A DNA stretch of 64,000 nucleotides from Podarcis filfolensis (lineage: Eukaryota), in assembly GCA_964270895.1 (NCBI GenBank), contig OZ185440.1; one strand, given 5' to 3'. Each line of letters starts with the position of its first letter. Within the stretch, counting starts at the first letter, position 1. Shown one piece after another: positions 35,974 to 49,200 of the stretch. The position numbers and the translations under genes were made by a program. The notes under the pieces are model-generated. The model did no database searches, was not told the origin of the DNA, and worked only from the letters and a program-made list of their open reading frames with translations.

Positions 35974-36467
35974 GTGAGTGGCCTCCCTGGAGGTGGGCTG
36001 GCAGGTATGTACAGGTACTGTATGTGAGCTCTGAAAATAAGCATGGATGTGGCCAAGTCCAGAATTGGGCTTCCCATCTTCAAGGCACTAAGATGTGATA
36101 GTTTTCTCTGCGCTTTTAGGGCAGGCAATAGTTAATTGTCTCAAAGGAGTCAGAGTGGATCAAACCCCCTGAATTTCCCCCCACCCAAACCAGGCCCAGC
36201 TTGCATCTCCTCATGAAGAATAAGGCCCAGTGGTTCTCTTTGACCTTGGGGGAGATGCAAAGCTTTTTGACAGATGCATGTTAAAATTCAGAGTTTTTGG
36301 CTGGAAAATTCTCCACTTGCATGACCTGGTAAGCTGTTGTAATTTTACAGGTTCTAACTAGTTCTATGAGCCATAATTATTATACGTAATCGGTTGTGAT
36401 GCTATGTAGTCATTGATTTTTATTTTTTTTTGCAATAGAATTAATATTTTGCTAGGTTGGTTTCAGA

Positions 36468-36805
36468 CAGGGCTGGGGAACCTCAGGCCTGAAATCCAAC
36501 TGTGGCCCTCCAGACTATGTTACCAAGCCCTTGGGACAGTTCCCAGACCACAGCCTTCGCTGACCCTGCTTGGATCCTTGAGTGTTTTAGCCAAGCTGAA
36601 ATGTGTCCTCTTATATTACCTCCTGCTTGTCTGAATGGAGGGCAGAGAGGGCTTGCAGAAACTAGCCTACTGTACAAAGGTGACATTTGCATTAGTTGCC
36701 CCACCCACTTTACCTCTGGCCCCGCCCTCCACTGGTACGTGGCCCTCGCAAGCTTGCCCTGAAGGGAAGACGGCCCCTTGGGCTGAAAAGTCTTCCCCAC
36801 CCCCA
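36468..36805. mobile_element. hAT MITE, older
   Basis: Imperfect TIRs CAGGGCTGGGGAA; 8-bp TSD GTTTCAGA. Confidence 0.75.
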
Positions 36806-36846
36806 GTTTCAGAGATTCATTTTCCACCAATATTTCTGCGTGCCTA

Positions 36847-37430
36847 ATTCCTAAGGAAAAACCCTTATCTCCTGGTCTGCCCCGCAGAGGACCTTAAGGT
36901 CCATGAATAACCATCGTTTAGAGGTCCCGGGCCCTAAGGAAGTCAGACTATCCTCCACCAGGGCCAGGGCCTTCTCAGTGATGGCTCCAACCTGGTGGAA
37001 TGCTCTGTCCCAGGAGACCAGGGCCCTGCAGGATTTAACCTCCTTCTGTTGGGCCTGTAAGACAGAGCTATTCTGCCTAGCCTTTAATTTGAATTCAGCC
37101 TGATCTTTTATTTCCCTTCTCTTCCCTCCCCCTCTGCTTTTATGAAGATCACCCGCTCTGAGACCCCACAGCTAATTCTCCCCTGGCCTCCTCACTGGCC
37201 CAAGTAGGACCAATTCAGCCAGCTAGCCCTGGGGATGATCTAATTGATTTTTGATTTTTCAATTTTATTGTTATTCATGTTTTTATACTGCATTTTATGC
37301 TGCTTTTATAATTAAGTGTTTTAAAGTGTTTTAAATTTGTTGTTAGCCACCCTGAGCTCGGTTTTTGAACCGGGAAGGGTGGGGTATAAATAAAAATAAA
37401 AATTATTATTATTATTATTATTATTATCAT
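36847..37430 (+). mobile_element. 5'-truncated L2-type LINE with (ATT)n tail
   Basis: RARAFSVMAPTWWNALSQETRALQDL...; tail grades into (ATC)n up to 37451. Confidence 0.9.
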
Positions 37431-37674
37431 CATCATCATCATCATCATCATCTAAAGAAGGCAGCTGGACTGCGCAGCCTTTGCCCTTTATTTTTAACCA
37501 AAACCTGAGCTTATGGCATACCATTGTGGGGCACAATCCACCAAGAGGTTTCCCTGCACAAACCCTTTTGAAGTGACCGGGAGCTGTGCAAGAACTGAGC
37601 CGCTCGCTCGTGAGGCAGAGGTGGTAGGCTTGGCGTTTTGTGTTGTAGGCCATGACTCTGGCTCTCTCTTTCAG

Positions 37675-37793
37675 CTCTTTTCTAAGCTGCAAGCCGTGAA
37701 GGCTGAAATCCACGACCTTCAGGAGGAGCACATCAAAGAACGCCAGGAGCTGGAGCAAACCCAGAATGAGCTCACACGGGAGCTGAAGCTCAA
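37675..37793 (+). CDS. KIF3B: KIF3B exon 5 ([19 protein letters not shown]...ELKL-K)
   Basis: ctttcag|CTC ... AA|gtagg; 119 nt. Confidence 0.97.
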
Positions 37794-37947
37794 GTAGGTT
37801 TTTCAGCCAGCTGTGCGTTGCTCTCGAGGGCTTGGGAATGGCCTGCCGAGCAAGCTGTCTGCTGGCCAGGAATGAAAAGCGAATATTTCACTTTTCCTGA
37901 GGCTGCTTGGAGTGTGCTTGCAACATTCCCTTTGTTGATCTCTGCAG

Positions 37948-38061
37948 GCACCTGATTATCGAGAACTTTATTCCCTTGGAGGAGAAAAACAAGATCATGA
38001 ACAGGTCGTTCTTCGATGAGGAGGAGGACCAGTGGAAACTGCACCCCATCACCCGCTTGGA
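37948..38061 (+). CDS. KIF3B: KIF3B exon 6 ([38 protein letters not shown])
   Basis: tctgcag|G ... GA|gtgag; 114 nt. Confidence 0.97.
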
Positions 38062-38559
38062 GTGAGTTGGCGGCCCCCTTGAGCTGGGCTGTAGGGTTTG
38101 GGGAAAGGGGGACACACCCTCCATTATCTCTTTAGATTTTCAGTTCATCCGGCCCATTCCCTGCAGCTCTGGACTTGAAATCCAAGCTTAGCTCCATTTT
38201 TCTCAGTTGGTGGCCCACCCAAGGGCAGCAGACTTTCTGCTCCCCTCCTACTTTTCCAGCCCCAATGATCACGCCACCATTCTGCAGCTCAGGTTGATTG
38301 AGGCAGGACTCTGGCTGGCAGCAGCTCTGCTTCTGATCCTGCAAGGCGGTCGCTGCAGCCTTAAATGTTATATGAGAGATATTGTGATGTAACTACCGCT
38401 ACTTGAACGCTGCAGATGCAACATGGAGTTGTGTCCCCAGCTGCCTAAAAGCGGGAATTTAGCTCAGAGCTTGCTAATGTATTTTTCTATTTAGACAAAT
38501 ATTTGTGTACTGCTGCGTCAAAGCAGTTTACAGAAATCAAAAGAAAAAAGAAAAAACAT

Positions 38560-38837
38560 AAAAAGTTAAAAAGCAGACATCAATTAACCATTGTGGAAGC
38601 TCATATTTTTGCCTACATAAGGCAACAGAACAGAAATGTTTGCAGCAGGCATTTAAAAGTTAGCACAGAAGGCGTCTGCTGAATCTCTAGTGGCAGTGAG
38701 TTCCAAAGGACTTGTAGGATGACCAACGACACTCTTGCAGATCTCAGTGACTGAGCAGGGAAAGAAGGGCTCAAGTGATCCCTGAGGCCCCCTGGACCTA
38801 AGTTGAAAATTAATACAAGGACCTTGAACCTCAGCAA
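38560..38837 (-). mobile_element. Old L2-type LINE fragment
   Basis: RFKVLVL...LRDHLSP...SLRSA...LWNSLPLEIQQ. Confidence 0.7.
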
Positions 38838-39645
38838 CTAGTTCTGAGAGGCATTTTGCCTCTGAAAGTCTCTTTTGTCCTTCATGGATTTCTGTATCGC
38901 CAGCTTCCTCTGCAAGTGCAACTTGCAAAGGGTCAGGAGGAGGAAACCATTGGTTTGCCCAGTGCTGCCTCTTAAGGCAGCAAAATACCGTGTGCTGGAC
39001 CTAGTACAGTAACGGCATTGCATTGCACATTGATGTTCATCCTCCCAGCTGGGATGTTAATCCACATGCTGCAAGATAAAATCAAGGCAGGGCCCAAGGT
39101 ATGACAGCTGAGGACAGATGGAAAGGAGCAGGCTGAGAAGTGTGGCTTGTGGGGAGTGAAGAATGAAGTCGCATCTGGCGGCATATCTCATCCTGGAGAT
39201 TTCCAAATTTCTACACAAAGCTTTCCCCGCATGGTGTTTGTAATGAACAAAGAATATATTAATCAAGAGATCTCTTCCTGGGCCCGTTCCTTTCAAGTAT
39301 AAAGTGTCCCCAGCATCAGCGTCGGGAAACTGCTGACACAGCTTTGCTATATAAAGCCTCCGTTAGCAAATTTAGATCTGCTGACCGACAAGGAAACCAA
39401 AATCTTCCCTCCTGTCTTTTGCACAGGGTACACCTCATAGGAAAAGCAAGCAGGGTAGATGGCTAGGGGACAGTTCTACCATTGCCAGGTTGAGGGAGAC
39501 ATGCGGCAATACCGGTTTGTGTGTCAGTGTCCGGCTGGAGGACATGCCCGTGCTTGCACAAACGTAACTGCCAGCGAAAACATAGGCGCGCTTGGATTCC
39601 TGCTCTTTTTTCATGGGGATAAGCATTCATATAATAAGGGCAGAA

Positions 39646-40068
39646 TTGTTGTTTAGTCGTTTAGTTGTGTCCGACTCTTCATGACCCCCTGGACCAGAGC
39701 ACGCCAGGCACTCCTGTCTTCCACTGCCTCCCGCAGTTTGGTCAAACTCATGTTAGTAGCTTCGAGAACACTGTCCAACCATCTCCGTCCTCTGTCATCC
39801 CCTTCTCCTTGTGCCCTCCATCTTTCCCAACATCAGGGTCTTTTCCAGGGAGTCTTCTCTTCTCATGAGGTGGCCAAAGTCTTGGAGCCTCAGCTTCAGG
39901 ATCTGTCCTTCCAGTGAGCGCTCAGGGCTGATTTCCTTCAGAATGGAGAGGTTGGATCTTCTTGCAGTCCATGGGACTCTCAAGAGTCTCCTCCAGCATC
40001 ATAATTCAAAAGCATCAATTCTTCGGCAGTCAGCCTTCTTTATGGTCCAGCTCTCACTTCCATACATC
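39646..40068 (-). mobile_element. BovB (RTE) LINE 3' fragment
   Basis: Near-identical to the 19838 copy. Confidence 0.93.
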
Positions 40069-40297
40069 TGGACCATAAAGAATAGTTATATTTTAAACAG
40101 ACTAATTGTGTTTGTGGTGGAGGATTGCAGTAGCTAAACAGCACTGAGGAACATAGGGTTCTTATGTCGAGCTGGACCATTGGTCCATCTGTCTCAGTAC
40201 TGTCTGCACTGGCTGGCAGCAACTCTGCAGGGGCATTCCCAAACCCAACTGGAGATGTTGCCAGGGACTGAACCTGGAACCTTCTGCATGCCAAGCA

Positions 40298-40298
<1 letters not shown>

Positions 40299-40345
<47 letters not shown>

Positions 40346-40749
40346 TTATTATTTATACCCTGTCCATCTGGCTGGGTTTCCCCAGCCACTCTGGGCGGCT
40401 TCCAACAAAGTATTAAAATACAGTAGTCTGTTAAACATTAAAAGCTTCCCTAAACAGGGCTGCATTCAGATGTCTTCTAAAAATTTGGTAGTTGTTTTTC
40501 TCTTTGACATCTGGTGGGAGGGCATTCCACAGGGCGGGGGCCACCACCGAGAAGGCCCTCTGCCTGGTTCCCTGCAACTTGCCTTCTCGCAGTGAGGGAA
40601 CCACCAGAAGGCCCTTGGCGCTGGACCTCAGTGTCCGGGCAGAATGATGGGGGTGGAGATGCTCCTTCAGGTATACTGGACCAAAGCCGTTTAGTGCTTT
40701 AAAGGTCAGCACCAACACTTTGAATTGTGCCTGGAAACGTACTGGGAGC
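40299..40749 (-). mobile_element. L2-type LINE 3' fragment with (AAT)n tail
   Basis: LVLTFKALNGFGPVYLKEHL...RAFSVVAPALWNALP. Confidence 0.9.
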
Positions 40750-40787
40750 TAATAATAATGCTACTAATACTACTAATAATAATAGTA

Positions 40788-41026
40788 CAGTCATACTTTG
40801 GTTGTCAAACAGTATCTGTTCCGGAAGTCCGACTTCCAAAAACATTCGACAACCAAGGCGCAGCTTCCCATTGGCTGCAGGAGCTTCCTGCACTCAATCG
40901 GAAGCCGTCTCGGATGTTCGGATTCCAAAGAACGTTCACAAACCGGAACACTCACTTCTGGGTTTGTGGTGTTTGGGAGCCAAAACGTTTGACTCGCAAG
41001 GCGTTCGGGATCCAAGGTATTGACTG
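40788..41026. mobile_element. Tigger-like MITE inserted in the (TAA)n tail of a second L2 remnant
   Basis: TA-CAGTCATAC...GTATTGACTG-TA; the L2 tail resumes at 41027; related to the 62218 copy. Confidence 0.8.
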
Positions 41027-42291
41027 TAATAATTTTTATTTATATCCCACCTGTCTGGCTGGGTTTGCCCAGCCACTCTGGGTGACTTACAGAATTTATA
41101 AAAACAAAACAAAACATCAAACGTTAAAAGCCAGGTGCTCTACAGCTGAGCAGATCAGGCCCTTCCCATAATAATCCTTGTGGGAAAAGTTGTTCTGATA
41201 TTTAAATATTTGAATGAAAGAGAGGCAAGCCCTCCTGACGGAAGCACTTGCATTGTCGTTTTTTCAAACACCTACAGCTCAGGCGTGGTCTCAGAGAGAA
41301 CTCTGGCTATGGTAGGTTTCATACAAGTGGCAGCATCCACACATCTGTCTGTTCCTACTCCTGCAGCTCCCAGTTAAATTGTGGGATAGGTGCTCCTCTT
41401 CTCCCTGGATCAACCCCGTTTCCCTTGTTCTCATGGTAGCTCTTAGCGACCAAGACCAGTCTGAAGGTTTCATATTTTTTTTAAAGAAATATTTATTAAA
41501 GTTTTACAAAAACAAAAACATAATAAAAGAAAAAAGAGAAATAAAAATACAACATATAAACACACAGAAAAAATAAGAAAAATTAAAAACAATTCCATTT
41601 TTCATAACATAAAACTCATTTGCTTGTTTCTTTGACCTCCTCACACCTCCCCTTCTTGTATTCCCATTTGAATAATCAAATCAGCAAATCCTTACCCTCT
41701 TTCATTTATCTTATCTCTATAACTTAACATTTTATAACTCTGTATTTTCATCCATTATCAATTCATTTTTGCATATTCTTATTAACTTTGTTACTAATAC
41801 CATTTATTTCCAATCCAACATCATTTTAATTATGTTTTTACCTATTCATAACCCTTTTTCCATATTCTCTTAAAGCATTACAGCTGGAAACCACTTAATT
41901 TCTATCCAATATCATTCTAACAGTCATTAATTTTACAATATTTCTGTAGATAGTCTTTAAATTTCTTCCAACAGTCTGAAGGTTTCCTGACGGTGCTGGC
42001 CCTGGGCTTGCCAGGCAGCTGCCATCATGTAGCCTGGCAGCCAGGAGTGGCACAGTAGCAGCTAGGACTCTCCTTCCTTGGAGGCTGGGTGGCCATCTGC
42101 CATGGATGCTTTAGCTGAGTTTCCTGCATTGCAGGGGGTTGGACTAGATGACCCTGGGGTCCCTTCCAAGATTTTCCTGATGCGGCAATTGCAGGCTGGT
42201 TGGAGAGACTCAGTGGGTCCGAAGTTGGGCCGCTTGTGGAGGGAAGGGGGCTGGCTCCAGCAGTGGGCTTGATGTCCTTTTCCCTTGCCAG

Positions 42292-42397
42292 GAATCAACA
42301 GATGATGAAGAGGCCGGTGTCAGCTGTGGGATACAAGAGGCCCCTGAGCCAGCATGCTAAGATGTCCATGATGGTTCGCCCAGAAGCCCGGTATAGG
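42292..42397 (+). CDS. KIF3B: KIF3B exon 7 (NQQMMKRPVSAVGYKRPLSQHAKMSMMVRPEARYR)
   Basis: ttgccag|G ... AGG|gtaag; 106 nt. Confidence 0.97.
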
Positions 42398-42492
42398 GTA
42401 AGCTCTCGCTCAGATCTGCATAAAATCGTGAATGGTGTGGAGGGTTCATCGTGGGAGAAGCTCGCCATCTCCCCAAATACAAAAGACCTGAG

Positions 42493-43158
42493 ATCGGACT
42501 CTGCTAATTACAGGCCAGTTAGTCTCCTAAGCATTATCAGTAAACTATATGCTGCCCACTTATGTGATAAACTGGAGGATTGGATGGAGCGAGAACATGT
42601 CCTTACAGAAGCACAAACTGCTTTCAGGGCAAACCGGTCCACTTTAGACCAAGGCCTAGTACTCCAACATCTTGTGGAAAAATACACCTCAAGAAAAGGA
42701 GGATCCCTCTACGCAGCTTTCACAGATTTTAAATCTGCCTTCGATTTAGTATCACAAGATAGGCTTTGGGAAAAACTTAGCGCCTCAAACGTAGACAGAC
42801 GTCTACTGTGTCTTATCTGCAGTTTATATGAAAACACTCGGGTCTGGGTTAGGTGTGACCGACAGGGCCATTTATGCAAGGAAATCCAAACCTCCCATGG
42901 TGTTAAACAAGGCTGCGTCCTTGCGCCTACTTTATTCAACTTCTACATTAACTCCTTAGCAGGAAACATGGAGAAAGAAAATGCCCACCCCCCTAAATTG
43001 GCTGGTATATTTGATAATTTTTTTAACTGCCGCTATATCTGAATTGTCTCTGTTGTGCCCGATTGCAATTCGGTGTATTCCTGTTGTGTTTTGTGGTTTT
43101 CCTGATGTTGTGGGTGACCCGGAGCTGGTCTGTGACCGTAATAATAAAATTCAAATTC
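42493..43158 (+). mobile_element. Non-LTR retroelement (RTE-like), 5'-truncated and internally deleted
   Basis: RT motifs NYRPVSLLS, FRANRSTLDQ, FTDFKSAFD, GVKQGCVLAPTLF; 3' end GACCGTAATAATAAA-(ATTCAA)n; 11-bp TSD AAAGACCTGAG. Confidence 0.88.
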
Positions 43159-44057
43159 AAAGACCTGAGGTGCTAAAACGTTTAGGCAGGAGGTTTACAC
43201 CATGCAAAAAGAAGCACTTCGAAGTATAAGTCACCTTTCGCTCTCTACGCTGCACAGTGTTGCAGTGGCCGGGGGCTGGGAGGGTGGCTGCTTGTGCCAC
43301 TCAGGTGCACAGCTTTTGTCTTCGAGAAGAATGCCACGTCTGCACCCATAACCAGAGGTGCATCTCAGCACTGTGCCCAGGGTTGCAGGGCTTCGCTGAG
43401 GCACCGATTGCTACTTTTCATCAAGAAAATTCCCTGTTAGTCATGCTGTTTGTTTGGTTCCTGATGCAGCATGACAATTCACAACAGGCCTATATGTCAG
43501 GGGTGGGGAAGCAGTTATTTCCCTTCCACCCGAAACATTTTCGTCTGTAAATTTTTAACATATGCAATATTTGGTTGTCCTCCAGTAGGAGAGCCAGGCT
43601 GTCTTTAAAAATTATTATTTATCTTATTTACATGTATGTATGTATCAGAAAGTATAAGTACAGGTGCCAAATAAAATAAAACTAAATTAGAAGGGGATAT
43701 CTCAGACTAAACATACAGGAACACATTTCTGTTCCAAAAACAAACATAAAAAAGAATACCAGAAGATTCCAAGTAACACAAATAGGTTTAAATTATCGTG
43801 TACCTTATTACTCCAGTACATTGTGAAAAGACACCATTTCTCAATACTGTTGTCGACTCTCTCTGGTTCTCACCATATATGCAAGATGTTAGTTAGCCAT
43901 TCTCTCGTGGATGGCGTTCTCATTTCCCCCACAGTTTTGACAAATATTAATTCTGGCAGCAGTTAAGTGATGCTACATTAATTCCCTGTCCTCTCTTAGA
44001 GCAGTTTACATAACATATCTAAATAGTAAAGTTGGAGGAGCCCATGGGTAAAGTATA

Positions 44058-44415
44058 CAGGGACATGGGTGGCGCTGTGGGTTAAACCACAGAGCCTAAG
44101 GCTTTCCGATCCGAAGGTCGGCAGTTCGAATCGCCACGACGGGGTGAGCTCCCGTTGCTCGGTCCCTGCTCCTGCCAACCTAGCAGTTCGAAAGCACGTC
44201 AAAGTGCAAGTAGATAAATAGGTACCACTCCGGCAGGAAGGTAAACGGCGTTTCTGTGCACTGCTCTGGTTTGCCAGAAGCGGCTTAGTCATGCTGGCCA
44301 CATGACCTGGAAGCTGTATGCCGGCTCCCTCGGCCAGTAAAGCAAGATGAGCGCCGCAACCCCAGAGTCATCTGCGACTGGACCTAATGGTCAGGGGTCC
44401 CTTTACCTTTACCTT
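44058..44415 (+). mobile_element. Full-length Sauria SINE
   Basis: Same consensus as 17062; 14-bp TSD ATGGGTAAAGTATA. Confidence 0.92.
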
Positions 44416-45112
44416 ATGGGTAAAGTATAGCCCAAGATATCGACCGGAGGGTCAACTCAGCCCCCTGCTAACTGTCTCCGTGTTGTGATGCTGTGGAAGA
44501 AATCCCCACCTCAAGTGAACATAGAGACACTCAGACCCAGCTTCCTGCAATACCTGCCGTCCAACTCTCTGCATAGCAAAACATGTTTCCTAAAGCAAAG
44601 CCCTCTGCTTGGCTGAAGACTTATAACAAAAGGGACCTGGCCTCTTGTTCTCTGCAAAATGCCCAGCATACTGATGGCCTCCTATAAATAAGTAATACAG
44701 GCTTACTGAGCAGGAAGAGTATGGGTCGGGGCCAGGGGGACCAGGAAGCCAGAAAAAGGGGGCAAGCTGTCAAATTATCGCTGGAATGAAGGCGCCTATT
44801 GGAAAATGCAGGATGCCAAACATTTCAGTGTGTCGTCTTTATCGGGAGCAAAGAGATTTCTATTCCACTTATAGTGAGGGGTCATTTTGAATTCAAAATG
44901 CTGTGGACAGCTTGAGCTTTCTAATAAATATCTCTGCAATCTTTTAGAAGTATAATCCACCTGAGTTCCCGTGACTGTCCTTTCGTTACCTACAATGGGG
45001 GGAACCTTTGCCCGATTTCTGCTGCGAAACAGAGCACATGTGAGCAATAAAGTTGTCTGCTGGCTTGTGGGCCTAGGTGCCTGTCTGAACTCTCCTGGTT
45101 CTGATCCCTCAG

Positions 45113-45291
45113 GCAGAAAACATTGTACTGCTGGAACTGGATATGCCTAGCCGGACGACCCGGGACTATGAGGGCCCAGCCATTGCCCCCAAAGTACAAG
45201 CAGCTCTCGAGGCTGCTTTGCAAGAAGAAGATGAGATACAAGTGGACGCTTCCACATTTGAGAGTACATCCAACAAGAAGTCAAAATCCAG
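45113..45291 (+). CDS. KIF3B: KIF3B exon 8 ([22 protein letters not shown]...NKKSKS-R)
   Basis: ccctcag|GCA ... AG|gtgag; 179 nt. Confidence 0.97.
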
Positions 45292-46138
45292 GTGAGCTCT
45301 GGTTGTTGGAAGGAGAGCAGATAACACACACAATTCCGGAAGCCCATATCCTGGGTAGTCAAGTTCAGGCTGAATTTGTTAGCACCGGACCACTTAATTT
45401 GAGGGGATGGTTTTTGCACAGTAAGCAGTATTTGGTAGAGGTGAAGGGTTTTCTAAAATGTTTGATAAAATGGGAGAGGCTTGGCATGCTGCTGCCCCCT
45501 TTTCTAAAAGCAGCCATAGAAGGAAAACTATTTGCAACAACTGCTTGACTGTCAGCTGGAAACCTGGTTGTTTTCTTAAAGCGGTGGTTCCCAAAGTGGG
45601 CAGTATTGCTCCCTGGGGAGCAGTGGGATTACTTGGGAGACGCTAAGAGGCAAGGGGTGGAAGGGGTTGGTGGTGGTGTAAATGACAATCAGACTCTGAA
45701 AAGTTGGTATGACAATATCAAGCTCATCACTTTTGTTGAATTAATGGAACTAAATGGTTTTAATTTGATTTTGAATAAATGTGCAGCAAATGGTTACTAC
45801 TTTGAACTTTATTGTGCTGCTATCATCCTTGGTGGGTTGTGAAAACTTCTGTTCTGAATGCTGCTTTTTTGTAGGGTTGGGTTTTATGTAACCAAGGGGG
45901 AGGTGGCCCAATTTTGGGGTGGAGCCACTGTCTTAAACAGAACAGCCTGGCCATCCCAAAGCAACGTAGTCGGTAAGGTTTGGTAGTAATAAGCCAATTC
46001 TAAAGCAGATTGTCGCACAAGAAGCCAATAATTCATCATTCAGCTCTACGAAATGGCTTTCCTTGTTTATCCCCGACACGTTTTGAGAAGCTACGCTCTT
46101 CGTTCGTCACATATTCTTCGGGTTCTTCTGTTTTCCAG

Positions 46139-46229
46139 GCCTAAAACGGGAAGGAAATCGGGTGGCTCTTCGTCCAGTCCATCTGGGTCTCAGCTCTACC
46201 CTCAGTCTCGTGGGCTGGTCCCCAAGTAA
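46139..46229 (+). CDS. KIF3B: KIF3B last coding exon (PKTGRKS...LYPQSRGLVPK*)
   Basis: ttttccag|G, stop TAA. Joined CDS 2244 nt = 747 aa. Confidence 0.97.
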
Positions 46230-49200
46230 AGCCAGTTCGCTGCTAAGGTGTGGCTGTGCAGCAGCTTTGCCTTCCGAGAGCTGAGGCAAGCAAAGGACCT
46301 TCGGAGGGGACTCTGTGGCCAGGCTCCAAAGTGATTCCCTTCAAGACGAAGCGATGGCCCTCTCTGCAGCTGAACTATTGTTGTTTTTTGTCCAGCCAGG
46401 CGTGTTCCAGGTGGGCTTCCGTCCTCCACGATGGAGTTCCATGTCCCTCTGGCATTTGGTCACCAAGGGGAAAGAGACTTTAGTTAGGAAATCAGAAATG
46501 CATGAGAATACATTAGTGTTAGATGCAACAAGAAGCCTGGGGGGGGGGGTTGTCACCTTGCCATCTCCTGCTCCTCTTCCTCTTCCAGTCTTCTTGCTGC
46601 ACTTGGTTTGCCTGCCCTTGGGATGGAGCCCAAAGCCATCTCAGCAGAACCAGCAATCTGGGACTTGATGATGCTTAATAATCGAGTGAGGCTGAGAAAG
46701 CGACCGCCTGTGGCAGAAGATCCATTTCCTTTCTTTCCATCGAAAGACTGGCACCATTGGAAGGGTTTTTGTTTTTCTGGGGGGTGGGATGGAGTACAGG
46801 TGGACGTGCCTCCAACCCACGGAGGAGCCGAGAGCGAAATGCACCCCACAGCTACTTAGACATGTTTCCTGTTAGAAATGCAAGCCGAAGGAGGGCTTTG
46901 AAAACCTGCTCTCTCTCTCTCCTCTGGAACAGAAGCAATAGAAACTTAACAAATCCTTTGCCTGTTTACAAGGATTGGCAAGAGTTGTTCTAGGTGGAGC
47001 TCCTAGAGACTTAAGCCATGACCGGCAAGGTCCACTCTGTGCAACAGTCAGCGCTGTGTGCCAGGTGCCAGCTCCGCATTTAGCGCTCTTCCTCTGCTCA
47101 CCATCCAGTTTCTCCCAGTGTGCTCCACCAGGCACCTCTGCTTTGAGGGAATGCCGCGGCAGTTCCTTCATTGTCTTCCACTGTCCGCGTGGCCTTTGTG
47201 ACTTCTCGAGGCTGGTTCTGCTTTCCGCCGCAGAGGGGTGGAAGCCGAAGCAATTCCTGGCCACTGCAGAACGTTCCTTTTGTGAGCAGAGGGTGGTTTC
47301 GGACCAGAGTTGCTGCATCTCACCTTGTCCAAAGTGGTAGGATCTTTCAAAGTGTTCTGAGCTCCGAATCTTCTGTCGGATGGGAATGGGGTTTAAGGTT
47401 TGAGTTTGAGGGGAAGGCACCACTGCCCTTTCCAGTGGCGAGGCTTGTGCTAGACCAGTCCTGCTTCTTCAGAGTCTCTTCTTTCTCCTCACCCCAGTTC
47501 CAGAGCTGCCCTGTGCAGTGTTTGGGGCGCAAGTTGCTGCTGAATTGGGCCAGGTCAAAAGGCTGAAGAAGGTGCCCCCTCCGGGTATCGTTTTACGGTT
47601 CAGTTTGTACGTTTAAGATTGATGTATATTGAGAATTCAGTTGTTAATATTTTATTTTGGGGTTGCTGTCGACAGTTGTACTGTGAATATTCCCCAACCC
47701 ACCGGCTTCCTCTCTGAATGTTTTAACGGCCCTCCTCTCCCCAGACCCTGCTGTGGGTGCGAGTGTGCATGTAGGTATGTATGAGAACTTGCTTGGTTAT
47801 AGGAATACTCTCAAATGCGTATGGCCTTTGCCTTGTTGCCCTTATGTCAAACATTCTCTGAGCAGTCCTCTCCAGCTGCACGGACTCCATGGTTTCTCAC
47901 TCACGCGAGCAAGGACAACCCAGACAGGCCATCCTACCAGCCCACAGCTGTACCAACAAGTCCCGTTGCTTTGGATTCTGGGCAGTACGTTTCTGGAATG
48001 AGGCCGGTTTTTCTGTTTTCAAAGTATGACTTCCACGGAGTGGAGCTGTATGGCCCCTGGCTGTTGCATTGGCCAGAGGGAACCTGCATCGCCTCCCTTT
48101 CACGGTGAGATTGGCCGCTCTTGACAAAAAGCCTCTTTTCTTTGGCTCTTGTGGTATCAAAGTGCTCCCACCCCCATCCGGTTCAGCTCTGTTGTTTTGA
48201 TCCCTTGTTATTTAAGAAAAGGATTGTATGGCTTAGATACTGAGGGGTGCTGGTTGTGAATCCAAAGAATCGTTTAGGCAAAGGTACAGCGTCTGTGGGC
48301 TCTGCCATTGTATTGGGCTTCTGCTGGGAAACCTCCAGGGGGGAGAACCAGAGGGGGAATATCCTAGGGGATGCTTTGCATGTAAGAATTGGGTGGGCAG
48401 GCCAGTGCCTCAAAGATTTCTCCAGGCTAGCTTGGAGAAACCCCTGGGTTAAGGATACAAGAGAGAGGAATGAGAAGCAGGAGCAGACAGACCCCTCAGT
48501 GCTTTGTTTATAATGCGATTCTTAACTCCTCTCCCCTCTTTCCTGACAAGGGGCTCTTCTCTAAAACTGACAAATGGGCAGAATTACCCTGATACACCTG
48601 AGGTCCAGCACGAAAGAGAAACCCATTAAGGCCTAGGAAATGACGGGTGCAACCATGGGAGCTAGCTTGCAATGTCTTTGTCTTTCCTTTGATCTGCATA
48701 ATTGGATTAGCTTTTCCTCTCCCAAACATAATTCAGCAAAAGTAGCTCTTGAGGTCCAGGGCCCAAACCTTGAGGTCCACGACCACTGAAGCAGTTTCTT
48801 TAAAAGCTTTATGTGAAACTCTTGGACACTGCTGAGAATTGTGCCAACCTTTCAGCTGGTAGGTGCAGCCTATGTGTCGCGGCCATCGCCAACGTGGTGC
48901 CCTTGAGGTTTGGACTACAACTCCTACCAGGCCCCACCAGAACTTCTGAGGGGCACCAGGTTGGCAAAGACTTTTCTAGGGAGAGTCTGTTCTATTATCT
49001 GTAGACCTGGTCACAAGATGTTCAGAAAATCACTTTAAATAAATCTCTCTGCAAATTCGTTTCTGCTGTTTGTGGCATTAGGCAATGTAACTGAGGTTGA
49101 AAAATAAACCACAAATCTCACAAGTGCTGTTCTCGCACAGCCGACACACTAGAAAAGCTAATGCAAGAGCCATCCATGATCCTATGACTGTGTAACACTG

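Noticed and set aside
37649-37674. Upstream AG as an alternative KIF3B exon 5 acceptor
   Set aside because: Would add 26 nt and shift the frame; the downstream acceptor has the better pyrimidine tract and the expected exon size.
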